Assembly (NCBI GenBank): GCA_029858935.1
Contig: JAOUEA010000001.1
Location: 1 to 63,409, forward strand
Origin: Actinomycetota bacterium
GTDB taxonomy: Bacteria > Actinomycetota > UBA4738 > HRBIN12
DNA: 63,409 nt
Direction: 5' to 3'
The notes under the pieces were generated by a model. The model was given only the letters and a program-made list of their open reading frames with translations, was not told where the DNA came from and did not search any database. The position numbers and the translations under genes are program-made. Every line of letters starts with the position of its first letter. Within the stretch, counting starts at the first letter, position 1. Below are positions 1-9,580 of this stretch, one piece after another.

Positions 1-323
1 CGGGCGATTCGACCGTCGACGAGATGGTGCGCTCGACCGAGCGGGGGTTGCTGGTGACGCGGTTCCACTACACCAACATCGTGAACCCCATGGAATCGTC
101 GATCACCGGCATGACGCGTGACGGGACGTTCCTGATCGAGAACGGAGAGGTGGCCGGGCCGGTGCGCAACCTCAGGTTCACGCAGTCGATCCTCGGGGCG
201 CTCGCAAGCGTGACGATGGTGGGACGCGACGCCCACCTCGCGAGCGAGTTCTTCTTCAGCGCCTCGCGCGTGCCGGCGCTCAAGATCGGCGAGTTCCACT
301 TCTCAGGCGTCAGCGACCACTGA
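1..323 (+). CDS. TldD/PmbA-family metalloprotease, C-terminal fragment (5' end outside window)
   Basis: The reading frame of ORF 24..323 stays open to the window edge. The tail ...TRDGTFLIENGEV..PVRNLRF...FHFSG resembles the conserved C-terminal end of TldD/PmbA proteins. Confidence 0.7.
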   Translation, partial: GDSTVDEMVRSTERGLLVTRFHYTNIVNPMESSITGMTRDGTFLIENGEVAGPVRNLRFTQSILGALASVTMVGRDAHLASEFFFSASRVPALKIGEFHFSGVSDH

Positions 324-927
324 GGTCGGGGCGCGTGGGGGCCGCGTTCGACTCGCGCTCTCGCTTGGCCTTGCGCACGACCCGCACGACGATCCACAGG
401 CCACCGAAGAACGACGCGATCACGCCGACCACGAACACGACGGCCACACTGCCGAAGATCCAGAGCCAGTCGCCGACGCACCCGAGATCCGCATCGTCGG
501 CGAACCTCTGCATCGTGACGGAGTCGCCGCCTGCGTCGATCACCCTGTCTGACCTGAGGCTCGAAGGCCGGAACTCGACGTCGACCTCGGGCAACGACCC
601 CGCGTATTCGACCGTCGCGACGTAGGCGTCGCCGGGGCGCAGCGGTTCCTCCAATGCGTGGGTCTCGACCAGCAGCGGGGGCTCGCGGCCGACCACGAAG
701 GTCGTCGGGTACTCGTTTCCGCCACCTTCCACGCGCCAGCGGACGGCCCCGTCGAGGTCGGCGACCTGTACCGCCACGATCAGCGAATCGGTGCATGTCG
801 GTGCGAGGATCACGGCGTTCCCTCGCCGGTTCGCACGCACGCCCGCGGTCGGATGCGACGAAACCGTGCACGCCGGCGCCAGGGCCGCCAGCGCGAGTGC
901 GGCGAGGATCGGCGTGGAGTGGCGCAC
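310..927 (-). CDS. hypothetical membrane-anchored/secreted protein
   Basis: In-frame GTG at 927 inside ORF 310..1497. It has an N-terminal Ala/Leu-rich signal-like stretch ending ...LAPAC and a C-terminal TM helix (WLWIFGSVAVVFVVGVIASFFGGLWIVV) followed by a basic tail. The upstream 190 codons of the track ORF are antisense to the CBS-pair gene and are discounted. Confidence 0.5.
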   Translation of the reverse strand: MRHSTPILAALALAALAPACTVSSHPTAGVRANRRGNAVILAPTCTDSLIVAVQVADLDGAVRWRVEGGGNEYPTTFVVGREPPLLVETHALEEPLRPGDAYVATVEYAGSLPEVDVEFRPSSLRSDRVIDAGGDSVTMQRFADDADLGCVGDWLWIFGSVAVVFVVGVIASFFGGLWIVVRVVRKAKRERESNAAPTRPDLSGR

Positions 928-1011
928 GGGAGTGTTGTACGACGGCCGGGAGCCTCGACGCGGTAGGCTGACCGCACCGATTCCGATGAGTGTCCGTCGA
1001 GGAGGCGCAGT

Positions 1012-1482
1012 GTGATGCAGGTCGCGGACGTGATGCACACCGATGTGAAGACGGCCGAGACCGAGGACACCTTCGCCGACGTGGCCAAGACGATGCGCAC
1101 GAACGGCATCTCGTCTGTGGTCGTGCTCGAGGGCAAGAAGCTCGTCGGCATCGTGACCGAACGCGACATCGTGAACCTGGTGGCCGCCGGCGGCGATCCC
1201 CACACCGTCAAGGTCGCGCATGGCATGACGCGACGCGATCTCGAAACCATCGGCCCGAAGATGGACCTGACGGACGCGGCCGAGCACATGGTGGAACGCA
1301 ACATCCGCCACCTGCCCGTCGTCGATCGCGCGAAGGTGGTCGGCATCGTCTCGATCCGCGATCTCACGAGATGGGCAGCCGAGGAACTCGCGAGCGGAGC
1401 GGAGATGCCCGACATCGCGAGGAGTCACAAAGCCCTGCAGGCGGCCAGCGAGCTGCAGAAGCAGCGGCGCAAGGGCGCCTGA
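1012..1482 (+). CDS. CBS-pair domain protein
   Basis: Two CBS repeats (..ISSVVVLEGKKLVGIVTERDIV.. and ..IRHLPVVDRAKVVGIVSIRDL..). GAGGAGG lies 6-9 nt upstream of the GTG 1012 / ATG 1015 starts. Confidence 0.85.
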   Translation: MMQVADVMHTDVKTAETEDTFADVAKTMRTNGISSVVVLEGKKLVGIVTERDIVNLVAAGGDPHTVKVAHGMTRRDLETIGPKMDLTDAAEHMVERNIRHLPVVDRAKVVGIVSIRDLTRWAAEELASGAEMPDIARSHKALQAASELQKQRRKGA

Positions 1483-1497
1483 GCAGACAGCACCCAC

Positions 1498-2790
1498 CTA
1501 TTCCTTCGACGCGCGCTCGAAGGCCTTCGTCGGGTCGTGCAGCGAACCCAGGGCCGCGACGTCGCGCGGGAAGAACAGCGCGAGGGTCCAATCGAGCACG
1601 ACGCGAACCTTCCGATTCAGCGTCGGAAGCTGCAGCAGGTGATAGGTGCGGGCGAGGAACCATGCCGGGAAGCCACGAAGGCGCACCCCCAGCACCACGG
1701 CCACTCCTTTGTACCGCCCCAACGAACACAGGACGCCGAGCGCCTTGAAGCGGAACGGTTCGACCTCGCGGCCCTCGAGGGTCGCGAGCAGGTTCGACGC
1801 GAGCCGCTTCCCTTGTCGGGTCGCGAACTGAGCCGAGGGCGGGCAGAAGCCGCCTCCCAGCAAGTCGGGCACCGCCGCGGCGTCGCCCGCCCCCCAGATG
1901 ACTCCCTCGTGGCCGTCGACCCGCATCGCCGCGTCGACCCGCAGTCGCCCCATGTCGTCGATGGGCAGTTCCGACAGCGCCGCGAGCGGCTCGGGCTTGA
2001 CCCCCGCCGTCCACACCAGCGTTTCGGCGGGGAACGTCTCGCCGTCACTCAAGCGCACGACGCCACCCTCGACGGAATCGAGCCGTGTCCCGGTCCTGAT
2101 CTCGATGCCACGGCTCCGGAGCTCCCGCGCCGCGTAGCCACCGAGTCCGGAGCCGATCTCTGGCAGGATCTCGTCACGTGCCTCGACCAACACCCAGCGG
2201 AGCTCCTCTGCCCTCACGTCCGGGATGTGCTTGATCGCCCATCGCACGAGGTCTTCGAGCTCTGCCAACGCTTCGACCCCCGCATACCCTGCCCCGACGA
2301 ACACGAAGGTGAGCGCGGCTCGGCGCCGGGGGTCGCGCGGCGGGCGTTGCGACGCCGCCTCCAACCGTGCCAGCACGTGGTTGCGCAACAGGATCGCCTC
2401 GCCGAGGCTCTTGAATCCGATGCCGTGGCGCGACAATCCGGGGACGGGGAGCGTTCGCGAGCGCGAGCCGGGCGTGAGCACCAGCTGGTCGTATCCAAGC
2501 TCGAAGCGGTCGCCGTCGACCCCTCGCAGGTGCAGCAGCCGCGCGGCTGCTTCGACCCGCTCGACCTCCCCGACCACGACCCGGGCACGCCGAACCGCGG
2601 TGCGCAGGGGCACCACGACGTGCCGCGGCTCCAACGTGCCGCCGGCCGCTTCGGGCAAGATCGATTGATAGAGGAAGACGTTCTCGGTGGAGACCAGCGT
2701 GAGGGAATGCCCAGCCTTGCGCAGCGGGTGCTGCAGGCCCCTGGCGACGCCCAATCCGGCGGCGCCTCCTCCGACGATCACGACGTGCAT
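1498..2790 (-). CDS. ndh: type II NADH dehydrogenase (NDH-2), FAD-dependent pyridine nucleotide-disulfide oxidoreductase
   Basis: N-terminal VVIVGGGAAG dinucleotide fold, a second GAGYAGVE fold and a GDAA motif. Length of 430 aa is typical of NDH-2. Confidence 0.85.
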   Translation of the reverse strand: MHVVIVGGGAAGLGVARGLQHPLRKAGHSLTLVSTENVFLYQSILPEAAGGTLEPRHVVVPLRTAVRRARVVVGEVERVEAAARLLHLRGVDGDRFELGYDQLVLTPGSRSRTLPVPGLSRHGIGFKSLGEAILLRNHVLARLEAASQRPPRDPRRRAALTFVFVGAGYAGVEALAELEDLVRWAIKHIPDVRAEELRWVLVEARDEILPEIGSGLGGYAARELRSRGIEIRTGTRLDSVEGGVVRLSDGETFPAETLVWTAGVKPEPLAALSELPIDDMGRLRVDAAMRVDGHEGVIWGAGDAAAVPDLLGGGFCPPSAQFATRQGKRLASNLLATLEGREVEPFRFKALGVLCSLGRYKGVAVVLGVRLRGFPAWFLARTYHLLQLPTLNRKVRVVLDWTLALFFPRDVAALGSLHDPTKAFERASKE

Positions 2791-2799
2791 GCCTCGACG

Positions 2800-3450
2800 T
2801 TACGACCACGAGCCCAACACGTCGGGCACCTCGGCGAGATCGTTGACCCACGCGTCGGTCTCGTCGAGTTGTGCAGGCGTCGGATCGTCGGGCGCCTCGC
2901 CGCGCAGCACCCACACCGAGCGCATGCCAGCTGTCCGGGCCGGCCGTACGTCGTAGTCGAGGCGATCGCCGACCATCGCGGTGCGGGCCGGCGAGACTCC
3001 GGCCGTGTAGAGCACGTGTGAGAACAACTTCGGGTCTGGCTTCGACAGTCCGAGGTCGTCGCTCACACCCCACACTTCGAAGAACCGCGTGAGCCCGTCG
3101 CGCTCCATCGCCGCGCGAACCGACGACGGCTGATTCGCGATCACCCCCAATCGGAAGCGCCCTTCGATGGCCTCGAGACACGGCACGACGTCGGGATACA
3201 GCGCGCTAGGCGGATACGCCCAGTACCGAGAGGCGCGAGCCTCGACCGATGCGAGATCGGCGTCCGGACCCAGGAACCGCCTCGTGAGCCTTCGCCGGAA
3301 GGACTCCGACTGCGCCGCACGCGCCGCGGCATATTCCAGGTCGAACGCTTCGTCGGTGAACTCCGCGCCAGACTCCCGCAACGCCCGCTGCCACGAGCGT
3401 GCGTACACCGAGTCGTCGTACATGACGCCGCCGATATCGAAGAACACCAT
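2800..3450 (-). CDS. HAD-superfamily hydrolase (subfamily IA-like)
   Basis: Motif I FFDIGGV, motif ..SKPDP.., and motif IV MVGDRLDYD. Start is placed at the ATG ending at 3450 (alternative GTG at 3471). The long N-terminal extension of ORF 2800..3948 is antisense to the cNMP gene and was discarded. Confidence 0.8.
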   Translation of the reverse strand: MVFFDIGGVMYDDSVYARSWQRALRESGAEFTDEAFDLEYAAARAAQSESFRRRLTRRFLGPDADLASVEARASRYWAYPPSALYPDVVPCLEAIEGRFRLGVIANQPSSVRAAMERDGLTRFFEVWGVSDDLGLSKPDPKLFSHVLYTAGVSPARTAMVGDRLDYDVRPARTAGMRSVWVLRGEAPDDPTPAQLDETDAWVNDLAEVPDVLGSWS

Positions 3451-3579
3451 CTCGAGAGGGCCGTTCGTCACGCGCGCATGGTAGCCGCACGGATCCGCTC
3501 GGTCGGGTGTCGTGGATGCGACACGCGTTGCGTCAAGCTCGCGACAGACCTCACATGATCCGCGCCGTACGGTTCGGTC

Positions 3580-3990
3580 ATGGCGTTCCTGCTGGGACGT
3601 GCGCTGTTGGTGAGCGGAGCGGTCGATGAGACCGAGATCCGCACCGCCTTCGCGTTCGAGACCGTGGTCCGCGAGGGTGACCCGGGCGAGGGTCTCTACC
3701 TCGTGCGCTCGGGTTCCCTGCTCGCAACCATCGAGCGCGGCGACGAGCGCCACATCGTCGGACAACTCGGCCCCGGCGACGTCTTCGGCGAGCTCGCCCT
3801 GCTGCGGGACGGCAGTCACGTCGCCGCCACCGTCACGGCGGTACGCCCGTCGTCCACAGCATTCCTGCCGACCCACCGTGTCTGCGAGCTGATGTCGGCG
3901 AACCCCACAGTCGCCCAGGCCATCATGAGCGCACTCGATGCCCACCAACGCCGCATCATCCAGGTACTGAGTACCGTCGTGGCGAGCTGA
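3580..3990 (+). CDS. stand-alone cyclic-nucleotide-binding domain protein
   Basis: Contains EGDPGEGLYLVRSG....GPGDVFGELALL....ATV.A, the classic cNMP-binding beta-barrel signature. No HTH follows. Confidence 0.7.
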   Translation: MAFLLGRALLVSGAVDETEIRTAFAFETVVREGDPGEGLYLVRSGSLLATIERGDERHIVGQLGPGDVFGELALLRDGSHVAATVTAVRPSSTAFLPTHRVCELMSANPTVAQAIMSALDAHQRRIIQVLSTVVAS

Positions 3991-4099
3991 ATCGGCCCCA
4001 GATGTCCCCGGCCCTCTCGCGGTCGCGGTCGCCGCCGGCCTTCGAGCGCCCCCGCACGCGGAAGACGCAGGGGCTTCGCCGCGACCGGCTGATCCGCCG

Positions 4100-4930
4100 T
4101 TACCGCCTGGCTCGATGTTTCAGCTCAGCGACGAGTTCGGCCGGCGTGGTCTCGCACCCGAGTCGGAAGTCGTACCTCGCGCCGTGGCAGTCACTCGACC
4201 CCGTGGGAACGAGGTCGAGGCGCTCGGCCATCTCGCGGTAGCGTGCCCGGGTATCGACATCGTGGTCGGGATGGTCCACCTCGAGTCCAGCCATGCCACC
4301 GTCGGCCATCTGCTCGATCAGCTCGTCGGGCACCGACCCGTTGCCCTTCCACATCGCGGGGTGGGCAAGCACGCAGGCGCCGCCCGCCTCGCTGATCAGC
4401 CGCATCGCATCCGTGGGATGCAGCGCGTGTTTGGGCACATAGGCGATGCCACCGTCGGCGATGTACCGATCGAAGGCCTCCTTCTCGGTCTCGACGATGC
4501 CCGCCTCGACCATGGCCTGGGCCACGTGCGGACGTGCGATGAGATCGTCGCCTGATATGCGCCGGACGCTCTCGAAGGAGATGTCGAATCCGGCGTCCTG
4601 CAGCTTCTCGATCATCATCTCGCCACGGCGGAACCGCGTGTCGGTGAGACGTTGCAGCTCCTCGCGCAGCGGCTCGTTCGTCGGGTCGACCCAGTACCCC
4701 AGCACATGCAGACTGGCCGCGTCGTACTCGGCCGAGAACTCGACACCAGGAACGATCTCGACGCCGGCCTCGAGCCCGGCCACCATTGCCTCTTCGAGAC
4801 CGGCGAACGTGTCGTGGTCGGTGACGCCGATGCCGGCGATGCCCCGCTCGCGAGCGAGGTGCACGTTGTGCGTGGGTGATTCGGTCCCGTCACTGAAGGT
4901 CGAATGCGTATGTAGGTCGTAACCGCTCAT
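4100..4930 (-). CDS. PHP-domain metal-dependent phosphoesterase (TrpH/YciV-like)
   Basis: N-terminal YDLHTHSTFSDG and downstream HD/HP metal ligands. Confidence 0.85.
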   Translation of the reverse strand: MSGYDLHTHSTFSDGTESPTHNVHLARERGIAGIGVTDHDTFAGLEEAMVAGLEAGVEIVPGVEFSAEYDAASLHVLGYWVDPTNEPLREELQRLTDTRFRRGEMMIEKLQDAGFDISFESVRRISGDDLIARPHVAQAMVEAGIVETEKEAFDRYIADGGIAYVPKHALHPTDAMRLISEAGGACVLAHPAMWKGNGSVPDELIEQMADGGMAGLEVDHPDHDVDTRARYREMAERLDLVPTGSSDCHGARYDFRLGCETTPAELVAELKHRARR

Positions 4931-4993
4931 GAGCAGATGTTCCCAGACGGGCAGGTCCGGCAGGTGCGGACGCTCGGCCGAGAAGGCTGGGGC

Positions 4994-6022
4994 TCAGGGA
5001 GCCGGCCTCACGAGCGCCGAACCGATCTCGTCCACGGTGCGGGACCCTGTCAACGCCATCGCGTTCTCGAACTCGAGGCGCAGTATCTCGAGCACGCCGG
5101 CGACGCCCGCCTCCCCTTCGGCCGCGAGCCCCCAGATCGTTGGGCGCCCGACCAGCACTGCCGACGCACCGAGAGCCAGCGCGATGAGCACGTCGGTGCC
5201 TCGGCGCACCCCGCCGTCCATCAGCACCGGCACGCGGCCCGACACCTGCGCCGCGACCTCGGGCAACGCTTCGAGCCCAGCCGGCGAGCGATCGAGCTGT
5301 CGCCCGCCGTGGTTGGAGACGACGATCGCGTCGGCTCCGGCCTGGACGGCGAGTTCCGCGTCCTCCGCCGTGAGCACGCCCTTCACGATCACAGGAAGTC
5401 CTGCGGCGCGGCCCTTGATCCATGCCAGGTCGTCCCAGGAGATCGACGCGTCGAAGATGTAGTCGCTGTCGCCGACGCCGAGCGGCATGACGAATCCGCT
5501 GCGCGTATCACGGCGTCGCAGCCCACTCACCGGGAAGTCGACCGTCCAGCAGATCGCCTCGTAGCCGGCGGCGACGACACGCTCCAGCATCGAAGCGGTG
5601 AACGCCCTGTCCTCGGCCACGTACAGCTGCCACCATTTCGGGCCTCCACCCTCCGCCTGCACCTCGTCGAGCACCGACTCGGCCGTCGACGACACGATCA
5701 TCACCGTGCCGGCAGCGGCGGCGGCGCGAGCCGTGGCCAGCTCGCCGTCGGGATGCGCGAGGCGCTGGTACGCCCACGGCGCCACCAACACCGGGGATCG
5801 CACCGAGACGTCGAGCACGCTGGTCGACGTGTCGGGGTGGGCGCCGACGCTCCGTAAGAACCGGGGACGAAGCACCCATCGATCGAACGCGCGGCGATTC
5901 TCCCGCAGCGTCCACTCGTCGCCGGCTCCGCCCTCGTAGTAGTCCCAGACGTCGGGGGGCACGGCTGCGCGCGCGACCGGCAGGTAATCCTCGACCGTGA
6001 CGTATCTCGGTGGCTCGCTCAT
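4994..6022 (-). CDS. FMN-dependent alpha-hydroxy-acid oxidase/dehydrogenase (L-lactate/glycolate oxidase family)
   Basis: Start at the internal ATG (MSEPPRYVTVEDY..). Family motifs include SNHGGRQLD and GGVRRGTDV. It is the last gene of the dhaL2-iclR operon. Confidence 0.8.
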   Translation of the reverse strand: MSEPPRYVTVEDYLPVARAAVPPDVWDYYEGGAGDEWTLRENRRAFDRWVLRPRFLRSVGAHPDTSTSVLDVSVRSPVLVAPWAYQRLAHPDGELATARAAAAAGTVMIVSSTAESVLDEVQAEGGGPKWWQLYVAEDRAFTASMLERVVAAGYEAICWTVDFPVSGLRRRDTRSGFVMPLGVGDSDYIFDASISWDDLAWIKGRAAGLPVIVKGVLTAEDAELAVQAGADAIVVSNHGGRQLDRSPAGLEALPEVAAQVSGRVPVLMDGGVRRGTDVLIALALGASAVLVGRPTIWGLAAEGEAGVAGVLEILRLEFENAMALTGSRTVDEIGSALVRPAP

Positions 6023-6035
6023 GGACGCGCAGATG

Positions 6036-6860
6036 CTACGGCCGAGCCGCCGGGCCCCTCGATCGCACCCGGCCGGCCCCCATGTCGCGCGAGAGTCCTC
6101 GAGAGGTCTCCCGCACGGCAGCGAGCAGCGTGGCCGACACGCGCCCGTCGGGAACGAGCCGTTCGACCGGCCCGACGACCCCGATCGCCCCCACGGAGTG
6201 ACCCATGTCATCGAAGACCGGCGCTGCGATCTCGGCTTCGCCGACGATCGCCTCCTGGTCCTCGAGGGCGACGCCCGCGGTGGCGACGGTGGCGAGCGAC
6301 TCCTCGAGCGTCGCCGGGTCGGTCACGGTACGCCCGGTCAACGGGACGAGTCCGGAGTCGAGCAGCGATCGACGCTGAGCATCGGGAAGGTAGGCGGCGA
6401 TCGCCTTGCCCAGCGCGCACGCATGCCAGGGGATCGACGCTCCCACCTCGAGGATCTGCACCGAGTTGTCCGGGCGGAACACGTGGTGCACGATCAGCAC
6501 GTTCGAACCATGCAGCACGCCGACACGGACGGCCTCTGCCCCACGAGATGCCAGTGAGTCGGCCCACAGCAGCGACCGCGCCCGCAGCTCGTGGTTGTCG
6601 AGGAACGCGTTCCCCAGCTGCAGCATCGCCGGTCCCAGCCGATACTTGCCGGTTTCAGGATCCTGCTCGACCAGCTCCTGCGCTTCGAGCGTGCGCAGCA
6701 GGCCGTAGGCGGTTCCCTTGGCCAGACCGAGCCGCTCGGCGACCTCGGTGACGCCCAGACGCCACGAGCCGGCGCCCAGCAGCTTCAGGATGCGGGCGGC
6801 GCGTTCCACGGACTGGATCGTCGCGCGACGTGGTCCACCGTCCGGCGTTGCGAGGCTCAT
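6036..6860 (-). CDS. IclR-family transcriptional regulator (GylR-like genomic position)
   Basis: N-terminal wHTH (SVERAARILKLL....VTEVAERLGLAKGTAYGLLRTL) plus a C-terminal IclR effector domain. Start is the ATG at 6860, overlapping the dhaL2 stop as ATGA. Confidence 0.85.
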   Translation of the reverse strand: MSLATPDGGPRRATIQSVERAARILKLLGAGSWRLGVTEVAERLGLAKGTAYGLLRTLEAQELVEQDPETGKYRLGPAMLQLGNAFLDNHELRARSLLWADSLASRGAEAVRVGVLHGSNVLIVHHVFRPDNSVQILEVGASIPWHACALGKAIAAYLPDAQRRSLLDSGLVPLTGRTVTDPATLEESLATVATAGVALEDQEAIVGEAEIAAPVFDDMGHSVGAIGVVGPVERLVPDGRVSATLLAAVRETSRGLSRDMGAGRVRSRGPAARP

Positions 6861-7531
6861 CGTTCGCCGTCCAGAGCGCCGGCGAGCGCCGCGAAGAGGG
6901 AGGCCGTGGAGGTAGCGCCCGGATCCTGATGCCCGACGCTGCGTGGTCCCAGGTACGAGGCCCGTCCCTTGCGGGCCTGCATCGGCACGGTCGCTCGCAT
7001 CCCATCGCGGGCGGCCTCGACCGCCTTCCGTGCAGCGATCGCCGCGTCGCCGCCGGCGCGCAGCTCGCGCTCGAACGCCGTGAGCGCGGGCGCGTAGGCG
7101 TCGACGATCGTCTTGTCGCCCTCCTCGGCCGCGCCGAGCTTCTGGATCCCACCCAACCCGACCCGCAGCGCCGTCAACAACGCCTCGCCGTCGAAGACCT
7201 GCGCATCGCCGAGCGATTCGCCTGCTCGCCTGAGGCACGTGCCGTACAAGGGCCCGGCGGCGCCGCCGACGCGGTAGATGAGTGTCCCGCCGACACGGAT
7301 CAAGAGCTCGCCGGGCGGCAGATCGGTGGTCGCGTCGAGGTCGATCACGGCGGCCGAGAACCCGCGATCCATGTTGACGCCGTGATCGGCGTCGCCGATC
7401 GCGGCGTCGAGCTGGGTCAGGAAGTCCCGGTTGGCTGCCATCTCATCCGCGGAGCCTCGAACCCATCGACGGATCGTGGTGTGGTCGTACACGGCGGGCC
7501 CCGAAGGGCCCTCGGAAGCTCGCTCCGTCAC
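6857..7531 (-). CDS. DhaL-domain protein, second (orphan) copy
   Basis: Has the Dak2 signature [14 protein letters not shown], plus GGAAGPLYG and RKGRASYLG. It is a paralogue of the dhaL at 9581..10261. Confidence 0.8.
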   Translation of the reverse strand: MTERASEGPSGPAVYDHTTIRRWVRGSADEMAANRDFLTQLDAAIGDADHGVNMDRGFSAAVIDLDATTDLPPGELLIRVGGTLIYRVGGAAGPLYGTCLRRAGESLGDAQVFDGEALLTALRVGLGGIQKLGAAEEGDKTIVDAYAPALTAFERELRAGGDAAIAARKAVEAARDGMRATVPMQARKGRASYLGPRSVGHQDPGATSTASLFAALAGALDGER

Positions 7532-7581
7532 AGTCGGTCACATTCGATCTCGGTCCGCCACCTGTCAACCGTGCACCGCAT

Positions 7582-7602
7582 GTGTTCGACTATATCGAAC
7601 AC
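7582..7602. promoter_or_regulatory. candidate operator: inverted repeat GTGTTCGA-N5-TCGAACAC in the divergent dhaL2/glpF intergenic region
   Basis: Perfect 8-bp arms inside the only clearly AT-rich stretch of the region (about 7560-7680), between two divergent glycerol-related operons next to an IclR gene. Confidence 0.45.
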
Positions 7603-7727
7603 TGTTTGCCAATACCGAATGAACCTACGCTTCTTGGTAGATTTGACAGATGTTTGCGAACGGAGTTGGCTAGCCCCCAACATGACCCTGAGTGGCGGGG
7701 TCGCGAACGGAGGGGGTGGTCGCTCAG

Positions 7728-8459
7728 ATGTTCCTCGGAGAGGTAGTCGGTACGGCGTTGCTGGTGCTGATCGGCGACGGTGTCGTGGCCGGAGTGCTCC
7801 TCAACAAGTCGAAGGCCCAGAACTCCGGCTGGGTGGTGATCACCTGGGCATGGGCGATGGGCGTGTTCATCGGCGTGCTCGGCAGCCTCGCCGTCGAAGG
7901 CGGTGTCGGCCACATCAACCCGGCAGTCACGCTCGGACTCGCGTCGATCGACCTCTTCCCATGGGAAGACGTGCCGACGGCGATCGCCGGACAGTTCCTC
8001 GGCGCGTTCATCGGCGCGGTGCTCGTGTGGCTCGCCTACCTCATGCACTGGGGCGAGACGGAGGACGCGGGCCTGAAGCTCGCCGTCTTCTCGACCGGTC
8101 CTGCCATCCGAAACACCCCGGCGAACCTGATCACCGAGATCATCGGCACCTTCGTGCTGGTGTTCAGCGTGCTCTCGATCGGCGGATTGGCTCTCGGCCC
8201 GGACGCCCTGAGCGGCGCCCTCGCAACGGGCGCTCTGCCAGTTGCCTTGCTTGTGCTGGCGATCGGCATGGCGCTCGGCGGACCGACCGGATATGCCATC
8301 AACCCGGCCCGCGATCTCGGGCCGCGCATCATCCACGCCGTCCTGCCGATCCCCGGCAAGGGCAGCTCGGACTGGGCCTACTCCTGGATCCCGGTCGTCG
8401 GGCCCATCGCCGGCGGGGTGATCGGTGCACTGGCAGCGAAGGCGATCTTCGACCTGTAG
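7728..8459 (+). CDS. glpF: glycerol uptake facilitator (MIP/aquaglyceroporin)
   Basis: Two NPA boxes (NPAVTLG, NPARDLG). ATG 7728 is preceded by GGAGGGGG; the track start at GTG 7692 is less likely. Confidence 0.9.
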   Translation: MFLGEVVGTALLVLIGDGVVAGVLLNKSKAQNSGWVVITWAWAMGVFIGVLGSLAVEGGVGHINPAVTLGLASIDLFPWEDVPTAIAGQFLGAFIGAVLVWLAYLMHWGETEDAGLKLAVFSTGPAIRNTPANLITEIIGTFVLVFSVLSIGGLALGPDALSGALATGALPVALLVLAIGMALGGPTGYAINPARDLGPRIIHAVLPIPGKGSSDWAYSWIPVVGPIAGGVIGALAAKAIFDL

Positions 8460-8550
8460 GACCGGATGACGGGAGGACCCCCCCTTCCCGTCGTCTCCCG
8501 ACCACGCCGGTGAGGGATCGCTCGCCGGCCGGAAAGCGAGGCGCTGTGCC

Positions 8551-9552
8551 ATGAAGAAGCTGATCAACGACCCGGCTGACGTCGTCAGGGAGGAGTTGCA
8601 GGGCATCGAGGCGGCCCACCCTGACCTCGTGAAGGTCGCATACGACCCGTTCTACATCGCCCGGGCCGACGCCCCGGTCAAGGGAAAGGTCGCGCTGGTC
8701 TCGGGTGGTGGTTCGGGCCACGAACCGATGCACGGTGGGTTCGTCGGCATGGGCATGCTCGATGCCGCCTGTCCCGGCGAGGTCTTCACCAGCCCCACCC
8801 CCGACCAGATGGAAGCCGCCACCAAGGCCGTCGACGGCGGCTCTGGCGTCGTTCACATCGTCAAGAACTACACCGGCGACGTGATGAATTTCGAGATGGC
8901 GGCTGAACTCTGCCGCGCCGAGGGCGCCGAGGTGGAATCCGTGGTCGTCGATGACGACGTGGCCGTGCAGGATTCGCTCTACACGGCGGGGCGTCGCGGT
9001 GTCGGGGCAACAGTGTTGATGGAGAAGATCGCCGGCGCCGCAGCCGAACAGAAGCGCCCCCTCAAGGAAGTCGCCGACATCTGCCGCGACGTGAACTCCA
9101 ACGCACGATCGATGGGCATGGCGCTCACCTCGTGCACGGTGCCGGCAGCGGGCTCGCCGACGTTCGAGTTGGGTGATGACGAGATCGAGATGGGGGTCGG
9201 CATCCACGGCGAGCCCGGTCGCGATCGCATGAAGATGAAGACCGCCTCGGAGATCGTGGACATGATGGCCACGGCCATCGTCGACGATGCACCGTTCTCC
9301 AACGGCGATCAGGTGCTCGCCTTCGTGAATGGCATGGGCGGTACGCCCTTGATCGAGCTGTACGTGGTCTACAACGAATTGAACAAGTTCCTCGCGGGGC
9401 GCGGGATCACGATCGCGAGGAACCTGATCGGTTCCTACATCACATCGCTCGAGATGGCAGGGTGTTCGATCACGCTGCTGAAGATGAACGATGACTTCAC
9501 GCGGCTGTGGGACGCGCCGGTGAAGACCGCGGGCCTGCGGTGGGGAGTCTGA
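8551..9552 (+). CDS. dhaK: dihydroxyacetone kinase, DhaK subunit
   Basis: Dak1 signature [12 protein letters not shown] and a full-length 333 aa product. Confidence 0.9.
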   Translation: MKKLINDPADVVREELQGIEAAHPDLVKVAYDPFYIARADAPVKGKVALVSGGGSGHEPMHGGFVGMGMLDAACPGEVFTSPTPDQMEAATKAVDGGSGVVHIVKNYTGDVMNFEMAAELCRAEGAEVESVVVDDDVAVQDSLYTAGRRGVGATVLMEKIAGAAAEQKRPLKEVADICRDVNSNARSMGMALTSCTVPAAGSPTFELGDDEIEMGVGIHGEPGRDRMKMKTASEIVDMMATAIVDDAPFSNGDQVLAFVNGMGGTPLIELYVVYNELNKFLAGRGITIARNLIGSYITSLEMAGCSITLLKMNDDFTRLWDAPVKTAGLRWGV

Positions 9553-9580
9553 TCTCATCGCCCGAAGCCGAGCCAAAGGG

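Noticed and set aside
3991-4099. Possible intrinsic terminator or small RNA between the convergent cNMP-binding and PHP genes
   Set aside because: Only imperfect GC-rich complementarity is present and there is no U-tract. No conserved RNA motif was recognisable.
6861-7238. N-terminal extensions of track ORFs (for example IclR 6036..7238, HAD 2800..3948, pepA 38782..40581, hutH 44082..45773, anti-sigma 21633..22811)
   Set aside because: The extensions overlap the neighbouring upstream gene in another frame and are Arg-rich. Conserved protein N-termini begin at internal ATG/GTG codons, often with an SD or a 4-nt overlap to the upstream stop.
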